DNA from: Candidatus Moraniibacteriota bacterium
Lineage (GTDB): Bacteria > Patescibacteriota > Minisyncoccia > Moranbacterales > GCA-2747515
Length of the DNA: 64,000 bases
Assembly (NCBI GenBank): GCA_016699795.1
Contig: CP065011.1
Span: forward strand, 1,075,449 to 1,139,448
Direction: 5' to 3'
Of the stretch, positions 48,391 through 58,624 are shown one piece after another; position 1 is the first letter of the stretch, and each line of letters opens with the position of its first letter. Below the pieces are notes generated by a model, which saw nothing but the letters and a program-made list of their open reading frames with translations, had not been told where the DNA came from and did no database searches. Both the position numbers and the translations under genes were made by a program.

Positions 48391-49980
48391 TCACATTTTT
48401 TCAGGAGCAGAAACCCCACAAAGATCCAAAGTTGAAGCAAGGAGAATTTTTGTCGCTTCGGAAAGTTCCAAACGAATTCGTGTTCGCTCTTTATCCTTTT
48501 CATTGATCACTCTACATACAGCATAAAAAGAATGAAAACTATCTGCGAGTTCTCTTGCATACTGAGGAAGACGATGTACTTCGTACGTATCCGCTACCGT
48601 ATCAAAAACATCATAGAATCGAAAAATAGCCAAAGCTAATTCTCTTTCTTTCGTATGAATAAAGATATTCTTTGAAAAGGATTCCTCTACACTTTTTTTA
48701 TGCTCATCTGCCTTCCTTAATATCCCAGAGATTCGAGCGTGTGCATACTGCACATAATAGACAGGATTTTTCTCACTTTGTTCTCGAGCAATATTAATAT
48801 CAAAAGATATATGCGATCCCGATGAATAAGAAAGGAAAATAAATCGAACAGCATCTCGTCCAACTTCTTCTATGAGATCATCCATGGCATAATACGTCCC
48901 TCTTCGTTTGGACATTTTCACTTCCACACCATCCTTCATTATTCGAACGAATTGCGTAATGACATACGTATAGGTATTTTTCTTTTGCAAAATATTCTCG
49001 ATATATGCCTTCATTTCTTTCGCCTCGCTCAAATGATCTGCACCAAGAACCGTAACAAGTTGAGAAAAATTCCTATCAAATTTGTCCTTATGATAAGCAA
49101 AATCAGCCAATCTATAGGTGACTGATGTATCAGTTCGAAGAATAACTCTATCTTTATCATCACCAAAAAGTGTGGATCGGTACCAAAGAGCACCATCTTT
49201 TTCATAAGTAAGATTCTGCTCTTGTAAGAGTTTCAAAATATCCTCAATTTTTCCCTTTGCATACAGAGATGATTCGAGAAAAAAAGTATCAAAAGAAATC
49301 CCCAATTTTTTGCAAGTTGGTTCTATAAGTGTTTCGAGAATATGATGACCAGCCCAAATACCTACTTCTCGAGGAGTATTAATATTTTCTGGTTTTATCT
49401 TTGCAAGATCATCTATATAATCTCCCCGATACTGAGTGTTTTCATCTTTGAGAACAGAATGCCCCAAGATTTCAATTTGTTTCCCGAAATCATTCACATA
49501 AAATTCACGCCAAACAGAATGTCCTAGTTTTTCAAGAACTCGCGCTATCGTATCTCCTACAGGACCACCACGAGCATTTCCCAAATGAATAGGTCCCGTA
49601 GGGTTCGATGAAACAAATTCAACAAGAATACGCTCAGGTTTTTTCTTCGCAATCAAACCAAAAGGATTTCCTTCTTGTACAATAGAGGTAATGCCTTCGA
49701 AGAAAACTTTTTCAGTCAAAAAAATATTGATGTATCCAGGCAAAATAACATCGACTTTCTCTACTCGAGAATCTTTTTGTATTTCTTCTGCCAAATCTTT
49801 CGCAATATCAAAAGGATTGCGTTTAAGTCTTGAGGCAAGTATCATAGAAACGTTAACAGAATAATCCCCCATTTCAATTTTTGGAGGATACAACACGTCA
49901 AAATCAATATTTTCTTTTGGAGAAAGAAAGTGTACTGCTTTGAGTGCATCTGCAACAATTTCGCGAATGAGAGATTTCAT
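48391..49980 (-). CDS. argS: arginine--tRNA ligase
   Basis: SSNPTGPIHLGNARGGPVGD is the class-I HIGH-equivalent region of ArgS, and the C-terminal anticodon-binding DALR region is present. Start chosen at the Met (49980; MKSLIREIV) rather than the upstream hydrophobic extension to 50034. Confidence 0.85.
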   Translation of the reverse strand: MKSLIREIVADALKAVHFLSPKENIDFDVLYPPKIEMGDYSVNVSMILASRLKRNPFDIAKDLAEEIQKDSRVEKVDVILPGYINIFLTEKVFFEGITSIVQEGNPFGLIAKKKPERILVEFVSSNPTGPIHLGNARGGPVGDTIARVLEKLGHSVWREFYVNDFGKQIEILGHSVLKDENTQYRGDYIDDLAKIKPENINTPREVGIWAGHHILETLIEPTCKKLGISFDTFFLESSLYAKGKIEDILKLLQEQNLTYEKDGALWYRSTLFGDDKDRVILRTDTSVTYRLADFAYHKDKFDRNFSQLVTVLGADHLSEAKEMKAYIENILQKKNTYTYVITQFVRIMKDGVEVKMSKRRGTYYAMDDLIEEVGRDAVRFIFLSYSSGSHISFDINIAREQSEKNPVYYVQYAHARISGILRKADEHKKSVEESFSKNIFIHTKERELALAIFRFYDVFDTVADTYEVHRLPQYARELADSFHSFYAVCRVINEKDKERTRIRLELSEATKILLASTLDLCGVSAPEKM

Positions 49981-50020
49981 AAAAAAACTGTATCGCATTT
50001 TGGAGTAAAAAGCAAAATAT

Positions 50021-50833
50021 ATGAAGAAAACCATTATTGTAAAACTCGGGGGAAGTGTAATTACAAGGAAAAGCTCTCTTAAGCCCTATGTACGAAAGAA
50101 ACTTCTTGGAAAAATAGCGACTAGTCTCAAAAAAGCACTTCACAATGAAGCAGTTCAAATTATTCTTATTCACGGAGCAGGATCTATTGGACATCAAATT
50201 GCTCATGCCTACAATCTTTCTGAAGGCGTGAATAATGACAAGAAAAAGCTTCAGGGCTCTCTAGAGATACGTCTTAAAAATCAAATTCTCAATGCTCGAA
50301 TATTCTCTACATTTCTCGAACATTCACTTTCAGTAATACCTATTCATACAGGATCAGCCATTATTTCAAATACAAAATCAATATCCTCGATCAATTATCC
50401 CCTCATCGACCTTTCTCTCAAAAATAATCTTATACCTATTCTTTATGGAGAAATGGTATTTGATACAACATTAGGAATGTCTGTTTGTTCTGGCGATGCT
50501 ATTGCTGCCCAGTTGGCAACCTACTATCAAGCCGAGCGTGTCGTTTTTGCTTCTGATGTGGATGGAATTTATTCCAAAGATCCTTATTATCATGCTGATG
50601 CTAAGATAATTCCTTCCGCCTCTATAAAAGAACTTCTCTCCCCTGAAAACACTTCACTTTCTGGATCACACAGTATCGATGTTACAGGAGGAATACGAAA
50701 TAAGATTCTTTCTTTTCAAAAGTTTTCCTCTCCTTTTATAAAAGATATTATTATTTTCAATGGTCTTCACAGTGAGAATTTTGAGAAAATCTTTCACAAA
50801 ACTCCTCCAGGAACAAAAATACTTTTCTCATAA
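50021..50833 (+). CDS. isopentenyl phosphate kinase-like (amino-acid-kinase family)
   Basis: IIVKLGGSVIT and ILIHGAGSIGHQ (the HGxGxxGH pattern characteristic of IPK/FomA-type kinases). 270 aa. Confidence 0.5.
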   Translation: MKKTIIVKLGGSVITRKSSLKPYVRKKLLGKIATSLKKALHNEAVQIILIHGAGSIGHQIAHAYNLSEGVNNDKKKLQGSLEIRLKNQILNARIFSTFLEHSLSVIPIHTGSAIISNTKSISSINYPLIDLSLKNNLIPILYGEMVFDTTLGMSVCSGDAIAAQLATYYQAERVVFASDVDGIYSKDPYYHADAKIIPSASIKELLSPENTSLSGSHSIDVTGGIRNKILSFQKFSSPFIKDIIIFNGLHSENFEKIFHKTPPGTKILFS

Positions 50834-50875
50834 AAAAACGCGCTCTTTTTGAGATACGCGTTTTGCACAGCTATT

Positions 50876-51313
50876 CTAAATATTTTTTTTCTTCTTCTTC
50901 AAAAACATGATGGTTTCTAGGATACCCAAACGAATATCTTGCGAAATAATTTCGTCCAGGAACATCCACCCGTGAAAAGTCACATCTGTGGAGTCTTTGG
51001 GTCTTGCGATAAACTCCTCATCGCAATACGCCAAATAAACAAACACTTCAGCGCGAAGATCGCTTCTATCGATCCAAGGAACTTTTCCTATGAATTCAGG
51101 ATTTTCCTTGGGTGGGTCGATTCCCACTTCTTCGCCAAAAACTCTTCCCAATGCAGATTCTTTGCTCTCTCCCAAGAATATAGTTTCTGCAGGAAAAGAA
51201 AGTTGTCCTTCTCTCTTAATTCCCTTCTTGGACTGAAGTTCTTGAATAACAAGGAAGCGCCCTGTTTCGCGACTTTTTAGAGCTAGCATAGCTCCATTTA
51301 AAAACTTTTTCAT
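50876..51313 (-). CDS. Nudix hydrolase
   Basis: Nudix-box-like GESKESALGRVFGEEVGI (REx2EExG core). 145 aa. Confidence 0.55.
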   Translation of the reverse strand: MKKFLNGAMLALKSRETGRFLVIQELQSKKGIKREGQLSFPAETIFLGESKESALGRVFGEEVGIDPPKENPEFIGKVPWIDRSDLRAEVFVYLAYCDEEFIARPKDSTDVTFHGWMFLDEIISQDIRLGILETIMFLKKKKKNI

Positions 51314-51406
51314 CGAAAAAGAACTCCCAAAAAAAATGGTATTTTTCTTATAACATTCATTCCCAAAAAAAGCAAAAAAATAAACACTCCTCCAAGACTT
51401 TTCCTC

Positions 51407-52381
51407 CTAAGCACAAAGAATCTGAAATGTTGTTTTTCCCACATTGGAAGATCTTTTCTTTATCAAATCAAAAGCCATTTCGTCATCCAAAAGACAATGA
51501 TCGCTCTTTTTTACAAGTTCCCAATAACAAGCTTTTCTATGAGGAAATGAAGCGTCAGCAACATTCTCATACAAACCTATTTGACCCACAGGTACGTCCG
51601 CAAGTGATCGGACATAAAGAGCATTTATGGGCTCAGTGTCATTTATTATTACACGGACTTCTTTTGATGCCGACGTCTTGAGTCGATTACGAAGAGCTTT
51701 TCCATCACGAACGCTCAATCGAACATTTCCAAAACGATCTGCGTAAGCAAATTCTATTTCCGAAGATTGTTCCGGTATAATCTGGGGATGTAATCCCGCT
51801 TGTTTGGCAGATAGAATATCTTCAATCGTTGCATATTCATATATGGTTTCCATAACTTCAGGACAAAACCGACTTGAAGCAATGATGGAAGATCGGAATT
51901 GCTCTTTTGTGCCATCTGTAAAAGGAATATGTTCATTAGGAATTCGATAAAGCGCCACTATTTCATTACGAGTTTCCAGTGCAGACAATGTTTCCAATGG
52001 AGTAGCGAAAAAACACACACCTCCAGCAGTAATCGCCAGATGAAAATCCATTCCGTTTGGAAACTTTTCTCTATCATGTCCTTCTCTTGGCAAAGAATTA
52101 AGAATAGAAAAAAGTGTTGATTCAGAAACCCTTTTCTCTTCTTTGATAAAAGAAAGTATCTGAAAACGCTCTCGAAAAAGATCATTGAGGAGAACAGCTC
52201 CGTATCCCGCCAAAGAAGCACGTGCTCCCACAAAATATGTTTTATCCGTAAGCGTTCCGATATTTCTCAAAATGACGGTAAGTTCCGCATCGAAATCCTG
52301 TTCATTCCCAGAAAAAACATCGCTAAAATGAATAATAGCTTCCGCTGGTCTTGAAAGAATATTTTTATAGTGTGATTTCAT
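51407..52381 (-). CDS. hypothetical protein, weak similarity to SAM hydroxide adenosyltransferase (DUF62) fold
   Basis: The C-terminal YADRFGNVRLSV resembles the DUF62 D.FGN..tN motif. Overall assignment is tentative. Confidence 0.3.
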   Translation of the reverse strand: MKSHYKNILSRPAEAIIHFSDVFSGNEQDFDAELTVILRNIGTLTDKTYFVGARASLAGYGAVLLNDLFRERFQILSFIKEEKRVSESTLFSILNSLPREGHDREKFPNGMDFHLAITAGGVCFFATPLETLSALETRNEIVALYRIPNEHIPFTDGTKEQFRSSIIASSRFCPEVMETIYEYATIEDILSAKQAGLHPQIIPEQSSEIEFAYADRFGNVRLSVRDGKALRNRLKTSASKEVRVIINDTEPINALYVRSLADVPVGQIGLYENVADASFPHRKACYWELVKKSDHCLLDDEMAFDLIKKRSSNVGKTTFQILCA

Positions 52382-52387
52382 ACTATT

Positions 52388-53512
52388 CTACGTGTTATTG
52401 TTTATATAATTTTTCTTTTTTTCCATAAATTCTTTGAAAGAATTTTCTATGTACGTACGTATTTTTTCTTGAAAAAGTTTTTTATCAAATTTCTTTGCAA
52501 CGGCTTGTATTTCTTTGGCATTAAATTGATGTTTTTCAAATTGTTTCACAACATCAATAACACCTTTAGCTGTTTGCTCTGTAAAAAATAAACCTTCTTT
52601 TCCATGCGTTATGTGTTCTACAATATCTCCCCCTTGAAAAGCTAAAATTGGTTTACCTGAAGCAAGCGCCTCAATAGCGACGATGCCAAAATCTTCTTCT
52701 TGAGGAAAAATAAATGCCCGAGAAGATGCATATTGAGAAGCAAGTTCTTTATCATCAACATGTCCCAGAAAAGTTATATTATTTCGAGCTTGTTTTTTTA
52801 ACCTCGCCTCTTCTGGACCTTGTCCAATAATACGAAGTGGCAGACCTAATGTATTGAAAGCATCTATAACAATATCATGTCTTTTGTAAGATATGAGTCT
52901 TCCTACCATAAGAAAATATCCTTTATCTTTTTTTGTATAAAAAGAATCAATTTCTACAGGTGGATGTATTACTTGGGAATTTCTCCGATAATATTTTTGT
53001 ATTCGACGAGCTACAAAATCAGAATTAGCAATAATTTTATCAGGCCGTTTTGAACTTACTCGATCCCACATACGAAGTCCATTTACAAAATAGGGTACCA
53101 AGGATTTTATAAATTTTAGTTGATGAAATTCACGAGTATATCGTTGACAATCATCCCAAGCATAACGCATCGGTGTATGCATATAACAAATATGCAGAGT
53201 ATCAGCATGTGTAATTATTCCCTTAGCAAAACTTGAAGAATCAGAAAGAACAACATCATAACGAGAAAAATCAAATTGTTCCATTGCTATAGGCATAAGA
53301 AGGGGGAAAAGCCGATGTTGTTTTTTAATAAAAGGAGCTTTTTGTAAAAAAGATGTTTTGATCACTCGATCTTGAAATCTTTTATGCGTTGCATCTTCAT
53401 CATAAACAAGTGTATAAATCGGGGCATTTGGAAAAAGTTCGCAAAAACTTTCCAAAACTCTTTCGGCTCCCCCATACTGCACGAGATAGTCGTGAACCAA
53501 AGCTATTTTCAT
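52388..53512 (-). CDS. GT4-family glycosyltransferase
   Basis: MKIALVHDYLVQYGGAERVLE... with a C-terminal E-x7-E region (GIVAIEALASGKPILA). Confidence 0.75.
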   Translation of the reverse strand: MKIALVHDYLVQYGGAERVLESFCELFPNAPIYTLVYDEDATHKRFQDRVIKTSFLQKAPFIKKQHRLFPLLMPIAMEQFDFSRYDVVLSDSSSFAKGIITHADTLHICYMHTPMRYAWDDCQRYTREFHQLKFIKSLVPYFVNGLRMWDRVSSKRPDKIIANSDFVARRIQKYYRRNSQVIHPPVEIDSFYTKKDKGYFLMVGRLISYKRHDIVIDAFNTLGLPLRIIGQGPEEARLKKQARNNITFLGHVDDKELASQYASSRAFIFPQEEDFGIVAIEALASGKPILAFQGGDIVEHITHGKEGLFFTEQTAKGVIDVVKQFEKHQFNAKEIQAVAKKFDKKLFQEKIRTYIENSFKEFMEKKKNYINNNT

Positions 53513-53526
53513 AGTAACGAATATTT

Positions 53527-54882
53527 TTATTCCTTTCTTTCTTTTCCCTCTTTTTCAAAACGAAATTTATTTTTTGTTCGTATCCAATCTTTTCCTTCAG
53601 AGACTCCGGGATGTGCGAGATTGGTCATTTCATTGAGGATTCTCATTCTTCGTTTCTTTTCCTCCAAAGGAATGCTATCTTCCATATTTTTCGTTGCTTG
53701 TGTTCCTGGTCGCTCTGAATAGCAAGCGATAAATGCCCGAACAAATCCTGCCTGACGAACCAAATCAACAGTTTCCTGAAAATCTTCTTCCGTTTCTCCT
53801 GGAAATCCCACAATAATATCAGTAATAAATTTCACTTCAGGAATTCTTTTTTGTATTCGTTGCAAAAGCTCCAAATATGCTTCCTTTGTATACCAACGAT
53901 TCATTGCATGAAGAATTTTCGTACTCCCTGATTGAACCGGGAGATGTAATAACCTATCTATATTCTCATTTCGTTGGATAACTTCGATAAGTTCATCCGA
54001 AAAATCCCATGGATTAGAACTTGTAAAAGTAATAGTTTCAATTCCTGGAATATGAGCAATGTCTTCCAATAAATACGGAAAAAGAGTAGGAATACGTTGA
54101 CGCCCCAGATGTTTTACCATCACAGGAGCTACTGTCTTTCCATTAAAAAGAGTATATCCTTCGCGAGTTTCTAAGTCTTGAGATTTTTTATCATGATCTT
54201 GTGTTTCCAAGTTTCTTTTTTCTGACTTCTCGTCTTGAGTTTCAGATTCAAAATCTTGAGCCTTTCCCTTAAGAATAAGATCGCTTCCATACGAATTTAC
54301 ATTTTGTCCCAGTAATGTAACGCTAGAATACCCATGAGCCACCATATCCTGAACTTCTTCTATTATCTCTTTGTAGGACCTTGAAACCTCTCGTCCACGA
54401 GAAAAAGGAACGATGCAAAATGCACAATAATTATTACATCCATTAGAAATTACTACCCACCCGTGTTTTTTCTTTTCCAATGCATTTCCTTTAGAAGAAG
54501 TATTTTCTTGCCGAATAGGAGGATATTCAAAACCAACTTCATCAATAGAAAGAAGCTCGACATCAGGTATTCGTTTCTCAAGTTTTTTCTTCATCTTTCC
54601 ACTCGGTTCTCGTGCCGCAGCTCCAACAATACAACCCGTCAAAACAATTCGTAATAAGGCAGAAGAACGACTTTTTCGAAGATTACGAATATAGCCATAT
54701 ACCCTTTCTTCAGCCTTATCTCGTATCATACAGCTATTGATAACCACCAGGTCGGATTCCTTTTCATCCTTGCCTAAAGTATATCCACGAGAAACATAAT
54801 ACGAAACAATTCTTTCAGAATCCGCTACATTTTGTTGGCAACCAAATGTTTTGATAAACAATTTCATTTTCTCTTTTTTCAT
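53527..54882 (-). CDS. radical-SAM methylthiotransferase (MiaB/RimO family)
   Basis: MTTase N-domain FIKTFGCQQNVADSE, radical-SAM CNNYCAFC (CxxxCxxC), and a TRAM-like C-terminus. The start may be the Met at 54867. Confidence 0.85.
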   Translation of the reverse strand: MKKEKMKLFIKTFGCQQNVADSERIVSYYVSRGYTLGKDEKESDLVVINSCMIRDKAEERVYGYIRNLRKSRSSALLRIVLTGCIVGAAAREPSGKMKKKLEKRIPDVELLSIDEVGFEYPPIRQENTSSKGNALEKKKHGWVVISNGCNNYCAFCIVPFSRGREVSRSYKEIIEEVQDMVAHGYSSVTLLGQNVNSYGSDLILKGKAQDFESETQDEKSEKRNLETQDHDKKSQDLETREGYTLFNGKTVAPVMVKHLGRQRIPTLFPYLLEDIAHIPGIETITFTSSNPWDFSDELIEVIQRNENIDRLLHLPVQSGSTKILHAMNRWYTKEAYLELLQRIQKRIPEVKFITDIIVGFPGETEEDFQETVDLVRQAGFVRAFIACYSERPGTQATKNMEDSIPLEEKKRRMRILNEMTNLAHPGVSEGKDWIRTKNKFRFEKEGKERKE

Positions 54883-55046
54883 TGTTCCCTTGATAAAAAA
54901 TAAAGAATCATTTTATAGTAACGAATTTTCTTCTTTTATACAATAAATCTTTTTATTGACAGTGTTTCAAATACGTTTTAGGATAATTCGTCGCACACTA
55001 TTTTCAATAAAAGATTGTTATTTGTCGACACAGGAAACCCAAAACC

Positions 55047-55226
55047 GTGACTGATCATTCCCAAAATTCCTTAGAGGAAATATCTCAAGAAGTGGAGAAA
55101 GCTCTTTGTTCTTTGAGAGATCCTCTAAGTCGCCTATCTAGTGAAACATCACTCATTCTCATAGAACAACAACTTGATCTCATACTACAGCTTCTCTTTC
55201 GAGCAATGCACTCGAACGATAGGTAA
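55047..55226 (+). CDS. possible small protein (59 aa, GTG start), speculative
   Basis: My own translation gives VTDHSQNSLEEISQEVEKALCSLRDPLSRLSSETSLILIEQQLDLILQLLFRAMHSNDR. It is below the ORF-track length cutoff and is followed by a strong intrinsic terminator. Confidence 0.2.
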   Translation: MTDHSQNSLEEISQEVEKALCSLRDPLSRLSSETSLILIEQQLDLILQLLFRAMHSNDR

Positions 55227-55245
55227 GATCAAACTGTTTTAAACA

Positions 55246-55281
55246 AGAGCCTGAACTATTGTATCAGGCTTTTTCTTTTTT
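55246..55281 (+). terminator. Rho-independent terminator
   Basis: AGCCTGA-ACTATTGTA-TCAGGCT followed by TTTTTCTTTTTT on the + strand. Confidence 0.65.
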
Positions 55282-55362
55282 ATAAAAGAAAGTTTTCTTA
55301 GAAATTTTCTCAAAAAATAAAACTCTATTTTTCTCGAACAGTATTTCCAAACGTCTTATTTT

Positions 55363-55788
55363 TTATTTCATTGTTATAAGAAATGCTCCCATAGCAACAA
55401 ATACCGATCCAAGTGCCGTCTTCCAACCAAACGATTCACCCAGAAAAAGAGTAGCAAAAATAACAATAAAAACAATACTCAATCGATCAATAGCACTTAC
55501 AGGACCAGCCTCTCCGTTCTTCAAAGCATAAAAACCAAAAAGCCAAGACAGAGCTCCTGCAATGCCAGCTAAAGTAATAAATACCCAATCTTTTGCCTTT
55601 ATTTCTGCAAGTAATTGTGGACTAAATTTATTAAGTCCCAAACTCACCAAAACCAAAAAACCCGCCATGATTATACCGCGAACCGTTGTAGCAAGAGTTG
55701 AATCAATATTCTTGATACCAATTTTTGCAAATATAGTAACAAGTGCTGCAAATATTGCCGAAAGAAAGGCGTACCCAATCCAAGACAT
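55363..55788 (-). CDS. EamA-like (DMT superfamily) small transporter
   Basis: 141 aa with 4 TM helices. The LSAIFAAL.....KIGIK and GE..GWKTALG patterns are typical of single EamA domains. Confidence 0.5.
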   Translation of the reverse strand: MSWIGYAFLSAIFAALVTIFAKIGIKNIDSTLATTVRGIIMAGFLVLVSLGLNKFSPQLLAEIKAKDWVFITLAGIAGALSWLFGFYALKNGEAGPVSAIDRLSIVFIVIFATLFLGESFGWKTALGSVFVAMGAFLITMK

Positions 55789-55820
55789 AGAAAAAAAATT
55801 AAAAACTCATGGATTTTTAT

Positions 55821-56228
55821 TTAAAATGGCAAACCTCGCAAAGGAGGTCGTTTAGAAGCATTTGCTTGGCCATATCCAACACTTCCAAAAACACCACCTT
55901 TTTTCCTCAAGTCAGAATCTGCTGCCAAATCTTTTCGAGATAAATCTTTTGCACCAAGAGCATTACCCAATTTAATCGTTTCTTTAAACGTAAGAGAATC
56001 CCCTGTTTTATATTTAAGATCTGCCAATGCTGCGCGAACTTCTTCTTGCGTTACATCCTTACTATTACTTGCGTAGGATTTTAATTTTTCTACAAACTGA
56101 CGCTGTTCTACATTTTTATCTAAAATTTTGGCAACATCTTCATTTTTTAATATCTCTTTCAACGCTCTTGACTTTAAGGGATTTCCCAAAAAATCCTTTT
56201 TTCTAAAGACAACATCATTATCGCTCAT
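55821..56228 (-). CDS. hypothetical protein
   Basis: 135-aa basic/acidic soluble ORF with no motif. Confidence 0.35.
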   Translation of the reverse strand: MSDNDVVFRKKDFLGNPLKSRALKEILKNEDVAKILDKNVEQRQFVEKLKSYASNSKDVTQEEVRAALADLKYKTGDSLTFKETIKLGNALGAKDLSRKDLAADSDLRKKGGVFGSVGYGQANASKRPPLRGLPF

Positions 56229-56252
56229 ATATTTTATTATTATTCACTTATT

Positions 56253-58118
56253 TTATTTTAATACCGCTTTCACACGACGAATACCTGCTCCGGAGGATTG
56301 CTCTTTGATAATAGCAAATTTTCCGGAAATAGCATTTGTACTTTCCACATGAGGACCACCGCAAAGTTCGCGAGAATATATTGTTCCATCATCACTTTCA
56401 ACACTATACACACTCACTCGGTTAGGATATTTTTCCCAAAAACTTCCCTCAACACCTTCAGCTTTTGCTTCATCCTTACTCATTTCTTTTATAAAGACAT
56501 GACATCCATTAACAATGGCTTCATTAACATATTTTTCAACTTTTTTTAGAATCTCACTTTCTACTTTTTCTCCATGAGTAAAATCAAAACGAATTCGTTC
56601 TTGTGTTATATTTGAGCCAGCTTGGTGTACATGATCTCCGAGATACTTTCGTAACCCTGCAAGCATAAGATGTGTTGTCGTGTGAAGCATGGTAGTCTTT
56701 TCACTGGAATCCGCTAGACCTCCTTTGAATGTTCCTGCGGAAGCTGTTCGTGAAAGGTTTCTATGTTCTTCGAATTCTTTTTCATACTGACTTCGATCAA
56801 CGGAGATACCCTTTTCCAAAGATAATTCTTGCGTCATCTCCATAGGAAATCCATACGTAGAAAAAAGCACAAAAGCATCTTTGCCACTAATAGAACCAGC
56901 TTGCGCTCGTTTTTCAAATTCTTTTATTCCTTTCGTAAGTGTGTTTCTAAATTTTTTCTCCTCTTCTTCTAAAAGATTTTTTATCTTAGAACTATTCTCT
57001 TGAAGTGAGCTGTACATTTCTGAATAATTTAAAATAACAGCATCTACAAGTGAGGTAAGTTTTCCCTGAGGAATATTCAGAGAGTCCGCAAATCGAATAG
57101 CTCTTCGAAGAAGCCTACGCAAAACATACCCTTGTCCTGTATTGGAAGGAAATACCCCATCATTCATAATAAAAACACTTGCTCGAATATGATCAGAAAG
57201 AATACGAAAGGCTCTTTTATCTTCTTCATATTTCTTTTTGGAATACTCTTCTATACAGGCAATGATGGATTGAAAAATGTCTATACAAAAAACATCGTTT
57301 TTATTTTCTGAAGCCGCAGTAATTCGCTCTAATCCTCCACCAAAATCAACATTTCTTTGTGGCAACACATCGAAACCTTTTTTGGATCGCAAAAATTCCA
57401 TAAATACAGAATTTCCAATTTCCATATACCGACCACAATCACAATTGGGATGACAATACTTTCCAAATTTTGAAGAATGTTCTACGGTTTCAAATTCAAA
57501 AAAAACTTCACTATCAGGCCCCCCTGGTTCTCCTATTGGCATATTTTGAGGAATACCCGAACGACTCCACCAATTTTTCTTTACTCCATAAGCAAAAATT
57601 CTTCCTCCCTGCATACCAAGCTGACCTCCATTTTCTTCAGTTTCTAGATGAACAACTTTTGCATCAATATCGTATTGAGAGAAGAAGTCTTTCCACAATG
57701 CAACAGATTCATCATCTTTACGAATGTCATTCGTATCATCACCGGAAAAAACCGTCACATACAAACGACGAGGATCAATACCTATTTCCTTTACAAGAAA
57801 AGTAAAAAAATATTGTAATTGCTCTTTTTTAAAATAATCTCCAAGAGACCAATTGCCCAACATTTCAAAAAAAGTAGTATGTCGATTATCTCCAATTTCC
57901 TCAATATCTTCTGCTCGAAAACATTTCTGGGAATTTACCAAACGATTTCCCATAGGATGGTCTTTTCCCAAGAGATAAGGAATAAGTGGTTGCATACCAG
58001 AACCTGTAAAAAGTGTTGTGGGATCATTTTCTGGAGTAAGTGGAGATGATGGAATTATGGCATGTCCTTCTTGAGAAAAAAAATCAAAATATTTCTTTCG
58101 AACTTCGTGAAGTTTCAT
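56253..58118 (-). CDS. alaS: alanine--tRNA ligase (short form lacking C-Ala domain)
   Basis: N-terminal FFSQEGHAIIPSSPLTPENDPTTLFTGSGMQP...SQKCFRAEDIEEIGDNRHTTFFEMLGNWSLGDYFK, and an editing-domain HxxxH...CGGPHV. It is 621 aa against ~870 aa for typical bacterial AlaS. Confidence 0.85.
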   Translation of the reverse strand: MKLHEVRKKYFDFFSQEGHAIIPSSPLTPENDPTTLFTGSGMQPLIPYLLGKDHPMGNRLVNSQKCFRAEDIEEIGDNRHTTFFEMLGNWSLGDYFKKEQLQYFFTFLVKEIGIDPRRLYVTVFSGDDTNDIRKDDESVALWKDFFSQYDIDAKVVHLETEENGGQLGMQGGRIFAYGVKKNWWSRSGIPQNMPIGEPGGPDSEVFFEFETVEHSSKFGKYCHPNCDCGRYMEIGNSVFMEFLRSKKGFDVLPQRNVDFGGGLERITAASENKNDVFCIDIFQSIIACIEEYSKKKYEEDKRAFRILSDHIRASVFIMNDGVFPSNTGQGYVLRRLLRRAIRFADSLNIPQGKLTSLVDAVILNYSEMYSSLQENSSKIKNLLEEEEKKFRNTLTKGIKEFEKRAQAGSISGKDAFVLFSTYGFPMEMTQELSLEKGISVDRSQYEKEFEEHRNLSRTASAGTFKGGLADSSEKTTMLHTTTHLMLAGLRKYLGDHVHQAGSNITQERIRFDFTHGEKVESEILKKVEKYVNEAIVNGCHVFIKEMSKDEAKAEGVEGSFWEKYPNRVSVYSVESDDGTIYSRELCGGPHVESTNAISGKFAIIKEQSSGAGIRRVKAVLK

Positions 58119-58129
58119 AAGCTTCTCTT

Positions 58130-58357
58130 TTATACTATTTTTCGAACACAGTCTTCTAATCCCTTATATTGAGACTTATTCAATCGATATAACGTGGATT
58201 GAGCACGAACTTTTTCCAAAGCATCGATGGGTGTTATTTGCCCAGAAGAAACCTTGAACGAAATTCGCTCTATGGGATTTCTTGTTGAAACATCAAGAGT
58301 GAATCCATCAATATCCTCAAGATACTTCAAAACAACTTCTGCAAATGATTTTCTCAT
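58130..58357 (-). CDS. small hypothetical protein (75 aa)
   Basis: ORF immediately upstream of alaS on the same strand. No motif. Confidence 0.25.
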   Translation of the reverse strand: MRKSFAEVVLKYLEDIDGFTLDVSTRNPIERISFKVSSGQITPIDALEKVRAQSTLYRLNKSQYKGLEDCVRKIV

Positions 58358-58624
58358 ACAATTATACTTTATTTCTCAAGCCTATCAGAAAAGACCATTC
58401 TTTTCAATATTTCCGAAAGGTTTCAAAAAAAATCAACCTAAAAAATAAATATATACTCAATAATAACACTTCTTAAAGATTTGGAATAAGTGTATTTTAT
58501 AAAGTTTTTCATCTATTCGCCTAAAAATAGCGTAAAGATGTTACATATGTTAAAATTTAAAAATCTATAAATTTATATAAAAATATCAATAACTTTATTA
58601 ACTAATTATTTATAATTAAAACGT

